A stretch of DNA of 60,073 nt, filler included, from Sphacelaria rigidula (Eukaryota), in the NCBI GenBank assembly GCA_964200075.2. It is 9 parts of 9 records of this genome, joined end to end, with 100 filler letters (N's around TTAATTAATTAA, not from the genome) between each part and the next. Parts side by side here need not be neighbours in the genome. Positions count along the whole stretch, not along the records: positions 1 to 6,586 come from CAXNAA020019200.1; positions 6,687 to 13,272 come from CAXNAA020019201.1; 7 more parts are not named here. One strand, given 5' to 3'. The position numbers and the translations under genes are program-made. Positions within the stretch are counted from its first letter, which is position 1. Each line of letters starts with the position of its first letter. The notes below the pieces were generated by a model. The model made no database searches and was not told where the DNA came from. It saw nothing but the letters and a program-made list of their open reading frames with translations. Positions 1-11,968 of the stretch are shown piece by piece.

Positions 1-756
1 TGGAGGGGGTGATGGGGGAGGTTATCGTAAAAAGTGTCTCGGGTAGTTAAACTGTGACCACGGGAGGCGTCTGCATCAGATGCCTAGTGCGGAGTACTGT
101 GTAGGTATCAGAACAGCTTTTTAATATGAAGACAACAACAACAAACTATATCCAACGTCCTGATCGGTGCACGGTGCTCGACGTATTTTCTGTTTCATTA
201 TGGCTCCGGTCCGGTGAATGGCCATTCCATCAAGACATATAGATTACCAGAGTTGGAGGAAAGAGACGTGTGTGTTCTGCTGCTCACCAACGACAACGCA
301 AGCGAAGCAATCGAAATTGTAGCTGAACTCCGAGTGAATCGCCCGTCAGCAAATGCAACCCGAAAGGTCAAGTGGCTCTCGCTATCAGGGTTACGGCGAC
401 GTAGGTTCGAGAGCAGCAGCATGAACCAGGGTCCGAAAATGCCATCTCGGAGGAGAATGACTTGTCGGAGGTCACAGGATGGCATGTGCGAGAATGCCGC
501 TGTTCGTGGGTAATAGAGAGGTGTGCTTCTCAGTGTCCATTTTACAAAATGTACACGATCTCTTCGATTTACATGTAGGACATGACAGTCACGAAACTAT
601 GCGACGTGACATGTCGCCCCCACCCCCCCCCGTCCCCCACAACAGGCTGTCACCCACAAGCAAGTTAGTCATAATAGTACGCTTCGTGCCGAATATTCGC
701 AGCAGGATGCGGCTAACCACTCGTGCGACTCGCCGGATACATATGACAACGCTTCC

Positions 757-1157
757 AACAACCGGTCATAGAAATTGAGGATGGAGATTTCATTGAGGAA
801 GATAACCCGGAAAATTAAAATCTTTGCATCCACACCTTTTTTTCGAGATATTGTTCCATTCCTTCATCTGCTGCAAGCTTTTGATTACTACACGCCGTAA
901 CGATTTGGATTCCGATGGCCGAAATTTGAGGGTCCTGGGTGAGAGAGAAAATTCCATGTGCATTCCTTTCACTCAGGACCCCCAAATTTCAGCCATCGGA
1001 ATCCAAATCGTTACGGCGTGTAGTAGTCATCAATTGCTACGAGCAGATAAGCAATGGAACAATATCTCAAAGAATAGGTGTGGACGCGAAGATTTCAACT
1101 TTCCGGATTATCGTCCTCAATGAAAGCTCCATCCTCAGTTTCGATGGCCGGCTGTTT
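757..1157. mobile_element. ~400-bp foldback (long inverted repeat) element, MITE-like
   Basis: The left arm (tgaggatggagatttcattgagg...cgccgtaacgatttggattccgatggc) is the near reverse complement of the right arm (gccatcggaatccaaatcgttacggcg...cctcaatgaaagctccatcctca). The short centre lies near 950-965. The ORF track shows the same peptide on both strands. Confidence 0.75.
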
Positions 1158-3202
1158 TCCTGCTTCGTGAGTGCAAAGCTGGTCCGGCGAGAAACCGGTG
1201 TACTCTGCCTCAGCTTTGTAAGGATGCGAGGACAATGGTGTTATGACTACACCCTTCCCCCCGCACAACGAAAACCTGTCAATTGATGCTCTGTATCCAT
1301 TCAGCGAAGAATGTGGGGAGGAGAACGCCATCAGTGCCAATCGACAAGGCTGCCGTCCTCATGGTCGCCTCCAGCCAACGACCGCGCACGTAACGCCAAC
1401 CCTTCTCGTCTAAATCGACACCCTACAAACGTACCGAACCCTAACCAACCGATCAAAAACAACGCTCGACAAACGGTGGCCGGTGGCCCGTCTGGGAAAA
1501 AACTGGAGCAAATAACGACCAATCCGATACCCCAAACGAGGACCAATATTCCTCGCGCTACTCTCAGCTGCAGCCCCCCGTCTCCGCGATCTACATCACG
1601 ACTACCGCGCAGTGGTGACGACGTCGGATCGCTCATCGCACACCGCTAACTTGCCTGCAGACAGATTACTGTGACAAGAACAGATCAACCACGGTAGGTA
1701 ACCGAGTGATGTTCCCCCCCCCCCTAGGGGGGTGAAGCTTTCTTGCACCGTAAGTCTTCAGTCACGAAGGAGAGTTTGCCTTTCCGGGATAAACTGTCTA
1801 TTGAAATATCTCGGCCGTCGAATTATTCGCAACCTTTATGCGGCATATATATTTCGGCTCCACGGCTACGGCAAGTTCCGGAAATACCGAGGTTTCGTCA
1901 ACCTGGGGTATAATACTCCCCCACCAATGCCGTACGATTGGTGTGACGAAGCAAAGCGCGAGTTCGCCGTCCAAGTAAAAGCCAAAGGTATACAATGGTG
2001 GTGGCGATGCTGTCACGTGCTACAGCACTGGGTGCTCAGCCGAGAGAAGTTTCAAACCCGGTTTTGGGATTTCGAGCACGCTACTGCAGAGAGCACCTAC
2101 CAATTGCTGAGGCCAAGAAGGAGCCCAATACCAACCCCAAGTAAGCTTGAGTACTGAAACCAGACAAACAACACCCCTTCAACAAAAGTGCACTATTTAA
2201 ATATAGACGTCCCTAAGTGCTGCAATCGGATTTCACAGCAAACCCTTGTGGTGTACGGTACAGTATTTCACCGAAGATTGCTGTCAAACGATGCTACCAG
2301 ACGGTTAGATGGCGCTACTCCCCTGGACGTCAAGAAAATGATCGAGTACACATGGACTACTTACTGAGAACAGGATATACCACCAGAAATACACTACCAC
2401 GCAGCCGGAGTGCGGCCGATCAGCCCCTACAACCTACCACTCGCAGGAAACCGGCCCGGAATCAACCCTATCGGCCGGTTTTTGTTGTTGCTACCCTGAT
2501 TCTAGAAAATTTTCACGTCTTGTTTGGCCAGCGGCCGGCCAAAGCGATGGCAATTACTGGGATTGTGCAGTGCAAAGACGTTGCCGGGGGGTTGCACCGA
2601 TTCGCGAGCAAACAATGTCGAACTCCTGATGTGGGTGACAGCGAGTGGCGGAGTAATTGGCCTTAAAAGAAGTCAAGACGAACACAAGCGAAAATACAGC
2701 ACACACACGAACACACACACACATATAAGGGCGCGCGCAGGAAGGGGAACGACCGTGTGAGTGATGGCAGACGCTCACAAGATTGTTGGGGTACGGTACC
2801 TGAGGTACCCTGGGTTTCCATTCAGGGCATTAGCAGTACCGATCACCCCGAGATACCGGAGGTGTTGACTGCCAAAAACACCAGGCATTTCAGGGTTCGT
2901 GGGGTATCGACTCAACCTGGACCCCTTTCTGGCGGTAGCGCCCAAAGTAAATATTTATCACACAACGTGCAGAACGTAGCGCGCGTCTCTGGCACCACAC
3001 CGCGCCGCACTGCTATGGGCGCGTCTGACCCCCAAAAATGGGCAAAACAAGTGTCACCGACCAAAAGCACGAACATACACAAACAGACTGACTTTTGCGG
3101 CTTATCCGCGCTATTATCGTGGGGCAAAATGCTCCTTACGTCATTGGGAGAGAACGACATGAATCCAAAATTCAAATCGAGAAAAAACGGACTGCATATT
3201 AA

Positions 3203-3320
3203 CCCTTTTGGAACTCAATGACGATTTTTGTTTTTCTGAATCGGCAGCATTTCGACTTGAGAATGACTGAAAATGATGCCGATTCACAAAAACAAAAATC
3301 GTCAATAGGTTCCAGAAGGG
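3203..3320. mobile_element. 118-bp piggyBac-type MITE
   Basis: TTAA (3199-3202) | CCCTTTTGGAAC...GTTCCAGAAGGG | TTAA (3321-3324), with ~50-bp inverted arms. A TTAA duplication with CCC/GGG ends is the piggyBac signature. Confidence 0.7.
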
Positions 3321-6304
3321 TTAAACTCAGGATTCCAACGTCGCCGTCAGTGGCATACAATATATATTATATATATATATATTTTTTGAGACGGTAATCA
3401 TGGTTGAAGGGGAAAATAACTGGGCCGGGGAAACAAAAGGAAACGCAAGGCAGCATATACCTAGACGCTGTTAGCCCCGTCTTGCGTTGTAGCCTACGTC
3501 TCGTCGTCCCAGTACTCGCAGCTACGCACGTAGCACGCAAAATATCCTACACGAGTAGCACGAGTTTGGCTTTTAACGCTGCTATTGCTCGTCTCGAGCA
3601 AACTGTATTTGCCGTGCATCGGGTCCCACCATATTATTGTGACTGAGGTTTTGGCATGTGCGATTCATGTTTGGCATTTGCGTATCATTTATTTGCATTG
3701 GCTGCTTCTGTTTGCATTACAAACTGCAAGTTCGCACTCATAGCTGACTACAGCAGCGACGGCGCGGCGTGTGAAGCTCATCATATTTGTTGCCTCGTTC
3801 GGATACGCAGAGTACCACAGGTTCATAGCGTTCTGTGGTGAAGCCCGCCGTTGGCGGACGGTGAGCACAATTTGTGTGCCGATACCTTTTTGTGGTGACT
3901 ATAGTCGTACCCGGCATCGAGCGCCGTCGCTGTCTCCATTTCAGCTTGTCTAGGTTTTTGTATTGTCAAACCATGGTGCAAAATAATGGTGATGAGTGGA
4001 GCATGCTAGGAGCACAGCCCCCATTAAAGATCCGGACTTTGGTGACCAAACTAAAGCACAGTTAGAAAGTCTTACATCTACCACGTCGAAAACTCTACTG
4101 GACAAATGAGCTGTTGCGCATGTTCGAATTTCGATTAAACATCGTCACTTGCGGTGTATGAGGTATCTGCCACACAGCAGCCGCAGGGGAGGCGCTTCTC
4201 CTCTTCCTGCCGGGGGTATATTTTTTCTTCCTATGCAATGAAGCACGGCATGCCGTTTCAATTGAGTCGTGCGCCGCGTGGTTACTTTTGAGTGCCGCTC
4301 ATGCATGGTGATTGCCCTTTACCGCTGACCTCCCGGAACGTGGATTGAACCAGGAGCAGAGGAAGTGCAACCTGGATACATTTTTTTTCCGTATGCAAAC
4401 CTGCGGACAGTCTACAGAAGCACACGATGGCAGAAGAGATTTGACGATTCACTCGTTGAAAAACTGGCGGCATGTGGGCATATTATGATACGCAAAGCAA
4501 ACACACGAAAGAACTAGTGCTGCCAGAACCCATGCCCAACCCACAGACCCCACGATTTGCACTTACGTTTCAAGGGGAGTCATACGTGTGCAGTGGGCAC
4601 GAGGTGGTGGTAGTTGGAGCTACTGCTTATGTACGTGGCGTGTCCCCATGCAGGTGCCATGGTTATGTGGTGTGTGTTTCCATGATCAAAAATATCCAAC
4701 GCCAGATTCTACAACGTTTGTCACACCAACACCCGTGTACAAGCGATGAAACAACATGCGCTCAGTCCACCCCATTCATCGGTCGCAAACCGCGGCCAGG
4801 AGTCACGTGAAGAAACGTGCATGAAACACTGTAACAAGTTATCCGCCCATCATGGCTCAATCCACATGCTGCACAAGCTCCATTTACGTGTGTACTTGAC
4901 CCACTAGTGCTAGGCATGGGGCGATTGTAGTTGGACATAGTATCCATATCTGTGGTGTTCCATGCTCGTGATAACGTACCGTGTGAGGTGGTGTATTTTT
5001 TCCGTCAGCAGAACAAAAGTCGAAGGCCCACTTATATCACGTTCTCGAAATGAAAAACCGCGTCCAGGCGACAGAAAAAAGCGCGAGAGTTGGGGTTCAT
5101 GGGCAGGAAGAAGCCTGCAGCCTGGCGCATCATCAAAAGGGCACAGAATACAGCATCAAGTACTAAGCCCACTTTTACTGGAGCCACATGCCACCGAAGC
5201 CCAATACTTGGTACAGTACATGTTTTTCAGCGGTCCCACCCGTCCTAAGAACGCGTCTGTTGTACTCGGCACTGGTGGGTCACGCAGGTGACGACCGTTT
5301 GTTTCCATTTCCTCTCGTACCACAAACATCTCCGGAGTCCGATGAAGGATCGTGTTATGAATAGCCATCTGCACTACGTTGCCATTGTCGTATGTGCCAG
5401 TATCAACAGTCATTCATGGATGAAATCTATTCTGAGGCCGTCCGACAGGGGTGATGTTTTGCTTGTCATGGAAACTCGCTAGAGTTGGAGGCGCTTGTTT
5501 GCACTGATAGCCAAAACCTCTTCCGATAATACTGATCGCCAAGGCCATCAATTGGGATACGATTTTTCGCATCATCTGCGCCAAAACCGCAGCTACAGCT
5601 TGGGGCCAGGATTTTTTCATCTCAAAACGATCCGAGTTGTACAACGAATCAAGTGGGGAAAACATAGATTTTTCGCGATTTTCTTTATCACCATAACTTC
5701 TTTCGCAAACCTCTGGCCAGCAGCTGTAGCTTTGACAAATACACACGGGTGAGTAGCCGAGGCAGGCCGTGGTTTGTAGTCTGGGACGGCAAAATGGAAG
5801 ACCGTGAAGTGGAAACTCCACACAAATCGCATGTTCTTTGGGTGATTTTACGGCGTGCCTCATCAGGGGGTGGACATGATCTGCGGTTTCTTCGTGTTTT
5901 TGGTCAGTGACACTTTTGTTTGCCCATTTTGGGGGTCAGGCGCGCCCATAACTGTGCAGTACAGTGAGGCACCGGTACCGTATCGCAGACGGTTCGAGCC
6001 GTGCCGCAGAAACACACGACGTTCCGCGAAATGTGATCTCAGAGTGACATTGTGGATCAGAGGCTGTCGTCAAGCCGGAGCAAGTACTACGGAGGTGCGT
6101 GATCAGTACGATAAAATTGAGCAAGGATGGACGCATGACGAAAACGACTAGAAGTGGAAACGGGGTGAATCGGCGAAAAAAACAAGACAAGAAGAGACAG
6201 ATGAAAGGAAATGTCGGGATATCCACAAACAATTCAAGTATCTCGATGTTATCCAGTATAATTTTTTTTTCTCACAAATACCGACCCATATGCAACAAAC
6301 CAAG

Positions 6305-6586
6305 GGTAGGTCGAGTAGAGTATGTACTTTTCAGCACTCGAGTAAAATACTCGAGTATTTACTCTACTCGACGTTTGAGTAAGCCGAGTACGGCCTCAAA
6401 TACTCTATTACTCTACTCAAATTTTGAGTCGGTCGAGTACGGCCTCCAATACTCTACTCAAATTTTGAGTAGGTCGAGTACGACCTCAAATACTCTACTC
6501 AAATATTGAGTAAGCAATCTCAGTAATACTTGAGTATAGAGTATCACTTGAGTGACCTCAATACTCTACTCAAATTTTGAGTAGGT
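6305..6586. repeat. ~40-bp tandem repeat running into the contig end
   Basis: Repeated tactctactcaaattttgagtaggtcgagtac(g)gcctcaaa units. Confidence 0.8.
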
Positions 6587-6686
6587 NNNNNNNNNNNNNN
6601 NNNNNNNNNNNNNNNNNNNNNNNNNNNNNNTTAATTAATTAANNNNNNNNNNNNNNNNNNNNNNNNNNNNNNNNNNNNNNNNNNNN
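6587..6686. other. Artificial contig spacer (first of eight; others at 13273, 19959, 26645, 33331, 40017, 46703, 53389)
   Basis: 44 N + TTAATTAATTAA (stop codons in all six frames) + 44 N, recurring exactly every 6686 bp. Confidence 0.98.
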
Positions 6687-6891
6687 CCCCCCCCTGTCGT
6701 AGCATCAGTCATAAACACTTATTGCCGTATGTTGTGGATGGGATAAAATCACACGATGAAAATGCCAGGTGGTCAGAAAAAGATGACAAGATTAAGATTA
6801 ACATCGTAGTAGGCAGCTTGTTCGCGCACGACGCATCTGTTGGGAAGTCATGACAACCCCCATTACATCATTCGCGCCGTTTTATGCACAG

Positions 6892-7101
6892 ATGATAAGC
6901 GTCATGGATGAGATGGTGGATCCAACAAACGGTCTCAAGCTGGCAGAGCGACCCAAGGCACTGGCGGACAGACTTGGAGGGATCTGGAGTATGGTGTCCG
7001 AAGTTTCTGACAACCTTCCTCCGGCTACTCTGAGATGGCGGATTCAGAATTGGCTTGCTGTGGGGCAGGGGAGGGTGGAGAAGGACCTTCCCACCATGAA
7101 G
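6892..7101 (+). CDS. Exon of phytyl ester synthase-like (alpha/beta-hydrolase + LPLAT acyltransferase) gene, first exon in contig
   Basis: Bounded by cacag| and |gtgtgc. Encodes MISVMDEMVDPTNG...LPPATLRWRIQNWLAVGQGRVEKDLPTMK. LPxxTLxWR/K is typical of the PES1/PES2 family hydrolase domain. Phase 0 joins the next exon. Confidence 0.8.
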
Positions 7102-7925
7102 GTGTGCACCGGGGTTATGCATTGGATCGTGGTTCAAAAGTACAATATTTAGTAAGGATAATGGAAGCTACTGCTGCATGATAATCACCACTTGGCAACA
7201 GCAACATTTCGGGAGTGCAAAGCTGTCTCAAGTATGACGTTCATGAAGTAGAGAAGGGCCTCCTCATACTCTGAAAGGCACATGCGCTGTCACAGGATAT
7301 CGTGCTGAGAAGGTATGCAGACTATCACGTTATGTACAGCTCGCTCTCTTCGTGCAATCATGGATCTTAGTGCTTGTGGGGGTGCATCATGGGGACATTG
7401 TTGAGAAAAATATGCACCCCCAACTCTGGGACGCACCGATTCGCCTGCAGAACGAATTAAGCGCTGCACAACCAATCTCCGTAAGTTTCGGGCAATACCG
7501 CACGCCAACACACGGCCTTTGTTGACGCGAAATACTATTCCCTTCTTATTCTTTCGGATGGCGTTTCGGCTCCTTCACAGCTCCTGTGTCGTGGCAGCTG
7601 TTACACGGCCTTTCATGCCCCTCCTATCCAGTCTTTGGCCCGCCCTCCTTCGATGGCGGCGGGCCGATTGCCGTCGCTTGTACCATGGCGTTCTTAGTCG
7701 ACGCCGAAGCGGTCGATAATAGTTCGCAGATGTCAATGCTGATCAAATGTCACTCTCCGCTTCGCTCGGGTAGATGCCAGTTATCACACGGCTGTCACGA
7801 CATGAACACACCGGCGTCTCGTCCTCCCCCAATCGAGCGAAACGCCCATGCTGAGACACAAGTGCTCCTAGACGACAATTCATGAAAATATACCCTTTTG
7901 ACGTGTGTTTTGGGATTCTGAAAAG

Positions 7926-8109
7926 GTGCCTGTGGTGATCATCGCGGGATCAGCCGACAGACTTCTGCCTTCCCCGGAAGAAGCAGCTCGGCTGAAGAAG
8001 ATCATCCCAGGTTGCCGCACCATGCTGCTCGAGGGGCATGGCCACGCGCCGCTGTTTGACGGGCGTGTAGATCTTTCCGAGATCATCGCATCGGACCCCG
8101 CTATGAAAG
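7926..8109 (+). CDS. Exon of PES-like gene (end of hydrolase domain)
   Basis: aaaag|VPVVIIAGSADRLLPSPEEAARLKKIIPGCRTMLLEGHGHAPLFDGRVDLSEII..|gt. Contains the hydrolase Asp motif (DRLLPS) and His motif (GHAPL). Ends in phase 1. Confidence 0.85.
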
Positions 8110-8564
8110 GTGTAGAACCGGGGATAATCGGCCGTTGCGGCATGTTTCTTGTAAGACAGTGGATATATACTCCGAGGTGTTACCGTATTTTGTATTCGCT
8201 TTTTTTGGCACGCGAGTGGTCTAGCAAATGATCGAAGATATAAGTTGTGTCAAGTTTGTCGCCAATGTTTCGTGTTTGGAATCTCTCCGGGGTTTACCCC
8301 GATTTCGTCGATTAGAAGCCGTCCCGAAGAGCAGAGAAGAGGACACAAGGAAACTCTTTAAAATATAAAGTGTACGGGGGCAGTTCCCTAGGAATGGTTC
8401 CGGGTGTTGATCCTTATTTTTTCAAGACGGCAAAAATATTTGGATTTTTAGTGCAAGGGTATTTTGTACATTTTGACCAATCCACGAGCGTTTGCAATCA
8501 CATATTTGGGACTCGTTTTTTTTTTTTTGTTCTCAGTCCCCAGGTGAGCGTTAACCGTTGTTTA

Positions 8565-9164
8565 CGAGCTGGGCCGGCTTAAAAACGGCCAAACGTTGTT
8601 CACACTACAGCTTTTCCAGTTTCCCGAAATAAGCCGATGTAAGCATATCACTGTGAAGTGCAGACCAACCTGGTAACACACGGCACCGCCAATTGAATGA
8701 GGAAAAAAAATGAAAAAAAATGTACTGCATACTGTATGACCTCAACGACTGACCAAAACAAAAATGCAATCTGTCGGGATTCGAACTCATGACCTCCATG
8801 GTTGGAGTCTCTTATCACTTGAATTATAGGGGCGCGGCTGTTTCACACGAAAAGTGCGATGCCCCGCTCAATTTGACTGCTCTTGAAATTTCACGGCGAC
8901 CTTTTTTGTACCCAAGGAAATGATACGTTGCGGGAGCAGCTGCAGATTCTCGTTTTGTTCCTCGACTTATGACGTCACCTTTTTTTTGCCGAAATTTCAA
9001 ATCCCCCTAACTTTTGTTTTCCTTCTTTTCTTTTTTGCTGCTCTCGTGATATTCTGCATGTGGATCACAGTAGGCTGCTGTCAAAGTTTCAGCGTCCAAC
9101 TCCTGATTTAACGCAGTGCGTCGCCTGAGCGCGAAAACTACCCATCGTTTGCTGGCCCAGCTCG
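8565..9164. mobile_element. 600-bp MITE with CGAGCTGGGCC(G/A)GC TIRs and TA target duplication (Tc1/mariner-type), intronic
   Basis: TA|cgagctgggccggc...gctggcccagctcg|TA. A homologous copy in the opposite orientation lies at 41335-41930. Confidence 0.8.
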
Positions 9165-9239
9165 TATTGTTACCGCAACAAAAAACCGGATGTTAGTTGT
9201 GACCCTATCTCAAACTCGGTGTCGGCAAACGAAATGCAG

Positions 9240-9405
9240 ATGTAAAAATGCCCGAAAAAGTCATGGGCGGTGCAAAGGAAGAAGAAGGACGTTCTCTAGA
9301 ACAGTACTCGGCAATATTCGCCAAGGATTGGGTGGAAGATTTCGAAGTGCCTACCGAGGCCGTCGTGGACGAGGGACGCAAGACCATAGACTTTCTACTT
9401 AAAAG
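9240..9405 (+). CDS. Exon of PES-like gene (interdomain linker)
   Basis: tgcag|(D)VKMPEKVMGG...DWVEDFEVPTEAVVDEGRKTIDFLLK|gtatg. Phase 1 in and phase 2 out match both neighbouring exons. Confidence 0.8.
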
Positions 9406-10414
9406 GTATGCTTCACTACACTGTATAGGAAACATTGTATATCGGATTAGCTTAGTATGTTCTTGCTCCTTCATGCCCTTTGCTTCGTAACTCCTTTCAC
9501 GGCTGATGCTGCAGCATATGCATAGATTGAGCGAGATTTTCGATCACGTTTTCATTTCGTTCAAATTACAGCGTATTTTTCTTTCGCAACACACAGATAT
9601 TACTCAGTCAGCTTTCAGTTCAGATCGAAGCACGTATTTGTGTTCCATAAATAATAATAAAAATCAATCCCAGGAACAAGTCGTAGATCACCTCCATCGT
9701 TGGAAGGTAAGTGACTATGCAGGTGGTTTTCTGTTGTTCAGTTGGTTTCTGCGTTCAGATCGATCGCGATCCCACTTTTCGAGTGAGTGCGGCAAGTGCC
9801 GAAGCTTTTTCCACATCACTGCCGTGTTGACATATGCCCGAACATTTTGACTTACCCCCGTCACTTGCTTTGCGTCTGCCTGTTGTAGCAAGTAGTTTTG
9901 GGCCACCCTCTACCTCCTTGGCTGCATCCCTTGTGTTCTGCGCATTCCACGACTTCAATCTCTTGTTTGGTGCCCACTGTGTTTTCTATCGTGTTTCATT
10001 TTTCGCGCTCGTTCTCAGCGATAAATAAAGGTGATCTTCCCCTACAAATTGCGCGACGTTTGCGCGTTTTTCTCGTTATTTTCTCATTTTCAATTCGGAA
10101 ACGTGCATGGCCGCTCTCCCCCCATCGCGTTGTTCGTTTTCATTGTCAAATTGTTGTCTCCTCCCTGAAATCAGTCAGCACTGCTGCTTGTTTCATGCAC
10201 TACTGGGGCACACACAACCCCAGTAAGTGCTGCGCTGCACTGCCTGTAGATACGACCTCACTGTTGGGGGTGATGATGTTGCTCTCGGGTGACATGACAT
10301 GGTGTAGTGATACGGTTTGATGGTATCTGTAATGTGAACGTGGGACCCTCACGGTTCGGCGATGAAACGAACGTTTCCCCTCCTTTGTACACATGAAGAA
10401 TAGCAAATTTGCAC

Positions 10415-10632
10415 GGAAACTTTCCACACCCCGGATGATGACAATATATGGTCAATAAATGCATTAGACCAAAATGTACTGGATTGAGTTTGGGGCCTAT
10501 TGCAACTATTGTCTCGATAATAGCGACACTAGAGACAAAAGCTGCAATAGGGACCGCACTTGGTCCAGTACATTTTCGGTGTAATGCATCTGTTGACCAT
10601 ATATTGTCATTATCCAGGGTGTGAAAGTTTCA
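10415..10632. mobile_element. ~215-bp foldback element whose right end is interrupted by the next element
   Basis: ggaaactttccacaccccggatgatgacaatatatggtcaa ... ttgaccatatattgtcattatccagggtgtgaaagttt form inverted arms. Confidence 0.7.
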
Positions 10633-10889
10633 TACGTCGGACAGATCATGATCCGTCTGGAAATTACTTTGTCTCAGTATACTGATCTGGATCATGATCC
10701 GGATCATTTGGCCCCCTTTGTCCATGTTTGCTCCTAACAGCGCCGCACTCCGAGCACCCCGAGTAGCGCAAAGGTCGCGCGTTGGCTTTTTCTGATTCAG
10801 CGGCCACATGGTTTGTGCTTTTTGCACCAATTGATTCGAGAGTCTTCTTTGATGAGTTGTTCCAGACAGATCATGACCTGTCCGACGTG
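10633..10889. mobile_element. Non-autonomous TIR element, (C)ACGTCGGAC family
   Basis: TIRs are tacgtcggacagatcatgatccgtctggaa / ttccagacagatcatgacctgtccgacgtg. Flanking near-direct repeats are tgaaagtttca / tggaaagtttcc. Confidence 0.7.
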
Positions 10890-11056
10890 TGGAAAGTTTC
10901 CGACAGCACACCCCTCATGAAAACGGCCTTTCTAACCTCGTATGTCTACTTGTCTTTCCGTGTCCGCGAACCCCTTGTCTGAACTCTTGCTTGCGTGTTG
11001 TCGTCGTCGTTTTGGTCTCAATTTGCCTGTTGACCTGTGTCGTGTACCTTGTGCAG

Positions 11057-11203
11057 CGTGAGTCCCGTGTTCTTCTCAACGCAAGAGGATGGGAGCACCG
11101 TATCGGGCCTATCGGCGGTGCCGGGGCCCGACAAATCAAGGCCGATATTGTTCGTCGGCAACCATCAGCTCATGGCTCTGGACTTGGGTGTTATCGTTGA
11201 AAG
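11057..11203 (+). CDS. Exon of PES-like gene (start of acyltransferase domain)
   Basis: tgcag|(S)VSPVFFSTQEDGSTVSGLSAVPGPDKSRPILFVGNHQLMALDLGVIVE(R)|gtac. SPVxxST..DG..V.GL..VP and PILFVGNH-x5-D match the PES/LPLAT motifs. Confidence 0.9.
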
Positions 11204-11580
11204 GTACAAATACGCGCCACACTGATGGGATCACGCAGCCGAACTTCCCGAGTATCTCATACAACGATATGTGTAGACAGGGGCCAGCATGCGCTTTGCT
11301 ATGTGCCACCTGTCGGCATCCAAAACCGTAAGCTTGACTCCTAACTGTAGTCAGTTGTATTCAATCGTGAAACTAGGTGATTGAGGTTTTTGCTCCTGAT
11401 GAATCCCTCAAGATCACGGGAAAGATCAGTGCTTGGACGCAGGTGCGTCGAAAACACAGTTCGAGGTTACCTGAATTACTCCTTTCGAAATTCGGGAAAC
11501 AGTTCTTGTAATCGTTAGCTAACCGAATCATGATATTTTCAATCATTATGCTTGAGGCACATTTATCAATCACCTTTTTC

Positions 11581-11923
11581 CGGTCGCCCCGGTGGTTCAG
11601 TTGGTAACCTCGAAACCTTCTGACGGTTGGGTCGTGTGTTCAGAGCGATCTGGGATTTTTTCTCACACCATGCCCGACAGTGGAGAGCGACCATGTCGTG
11701 GGTACACGAAATTCGACTCAACGGTCGACGAGGGAAAGATAATGCTGAATCCCTCTCGCGATAAAAAATGAAAAGGCAAGCACCGCAGGAGGAAGGTGGG
11801 GTACTAAAAACAAATAGAGAAAAAGAAAAAGCCCCTGTGTCGACCTTCCTCCTGTGTGACCCCGGCTGGTGCGTCCACATATACCGAGAGGTGTAGACCG
11901 ACGTCCAGAATAGATGGGAGGAC

Positions 11924-11967
<44 letters not shown>
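11581..11967 (+). mobile_element. tRNA-derived SINE with (CA)n tail
   Basis: The 5' head gccccggtggttcagttggtaa carries an A-box. The B-box GGTTCGAATC is intact in the copies at 36832 and 52098. The body is conserved and ends in (CA)n. Other copies: 13373-13442 (-, head only), 36825-37210, 38900-39003 (3' part), 52040-52370. Confidence 0.8.

Positions 11968-11968
<1 letters not shown>

Noticed and set aside
1732..2157. 141-aa aromatic-rich ORF
   Set aside because: It looks protein-like, but I recognise no motif or exon context to support a call.
2960..6035. Inverted homologous segments (~2960-3090 and ~5880-6035) as TIRs of one 3-kb element
   Set aside because: They are diverged, show no TSD, and the right copy appears to truncate the enclosed decayed ORF. 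Independent insertions are the simpler explanation.
6631..6642. Recurrent TTAATTAATTAA motif as a regulatory or recombination site
   Set aside because: It is always centred in 44 N + 44 N at a fixed period, so it is an assembly linker.
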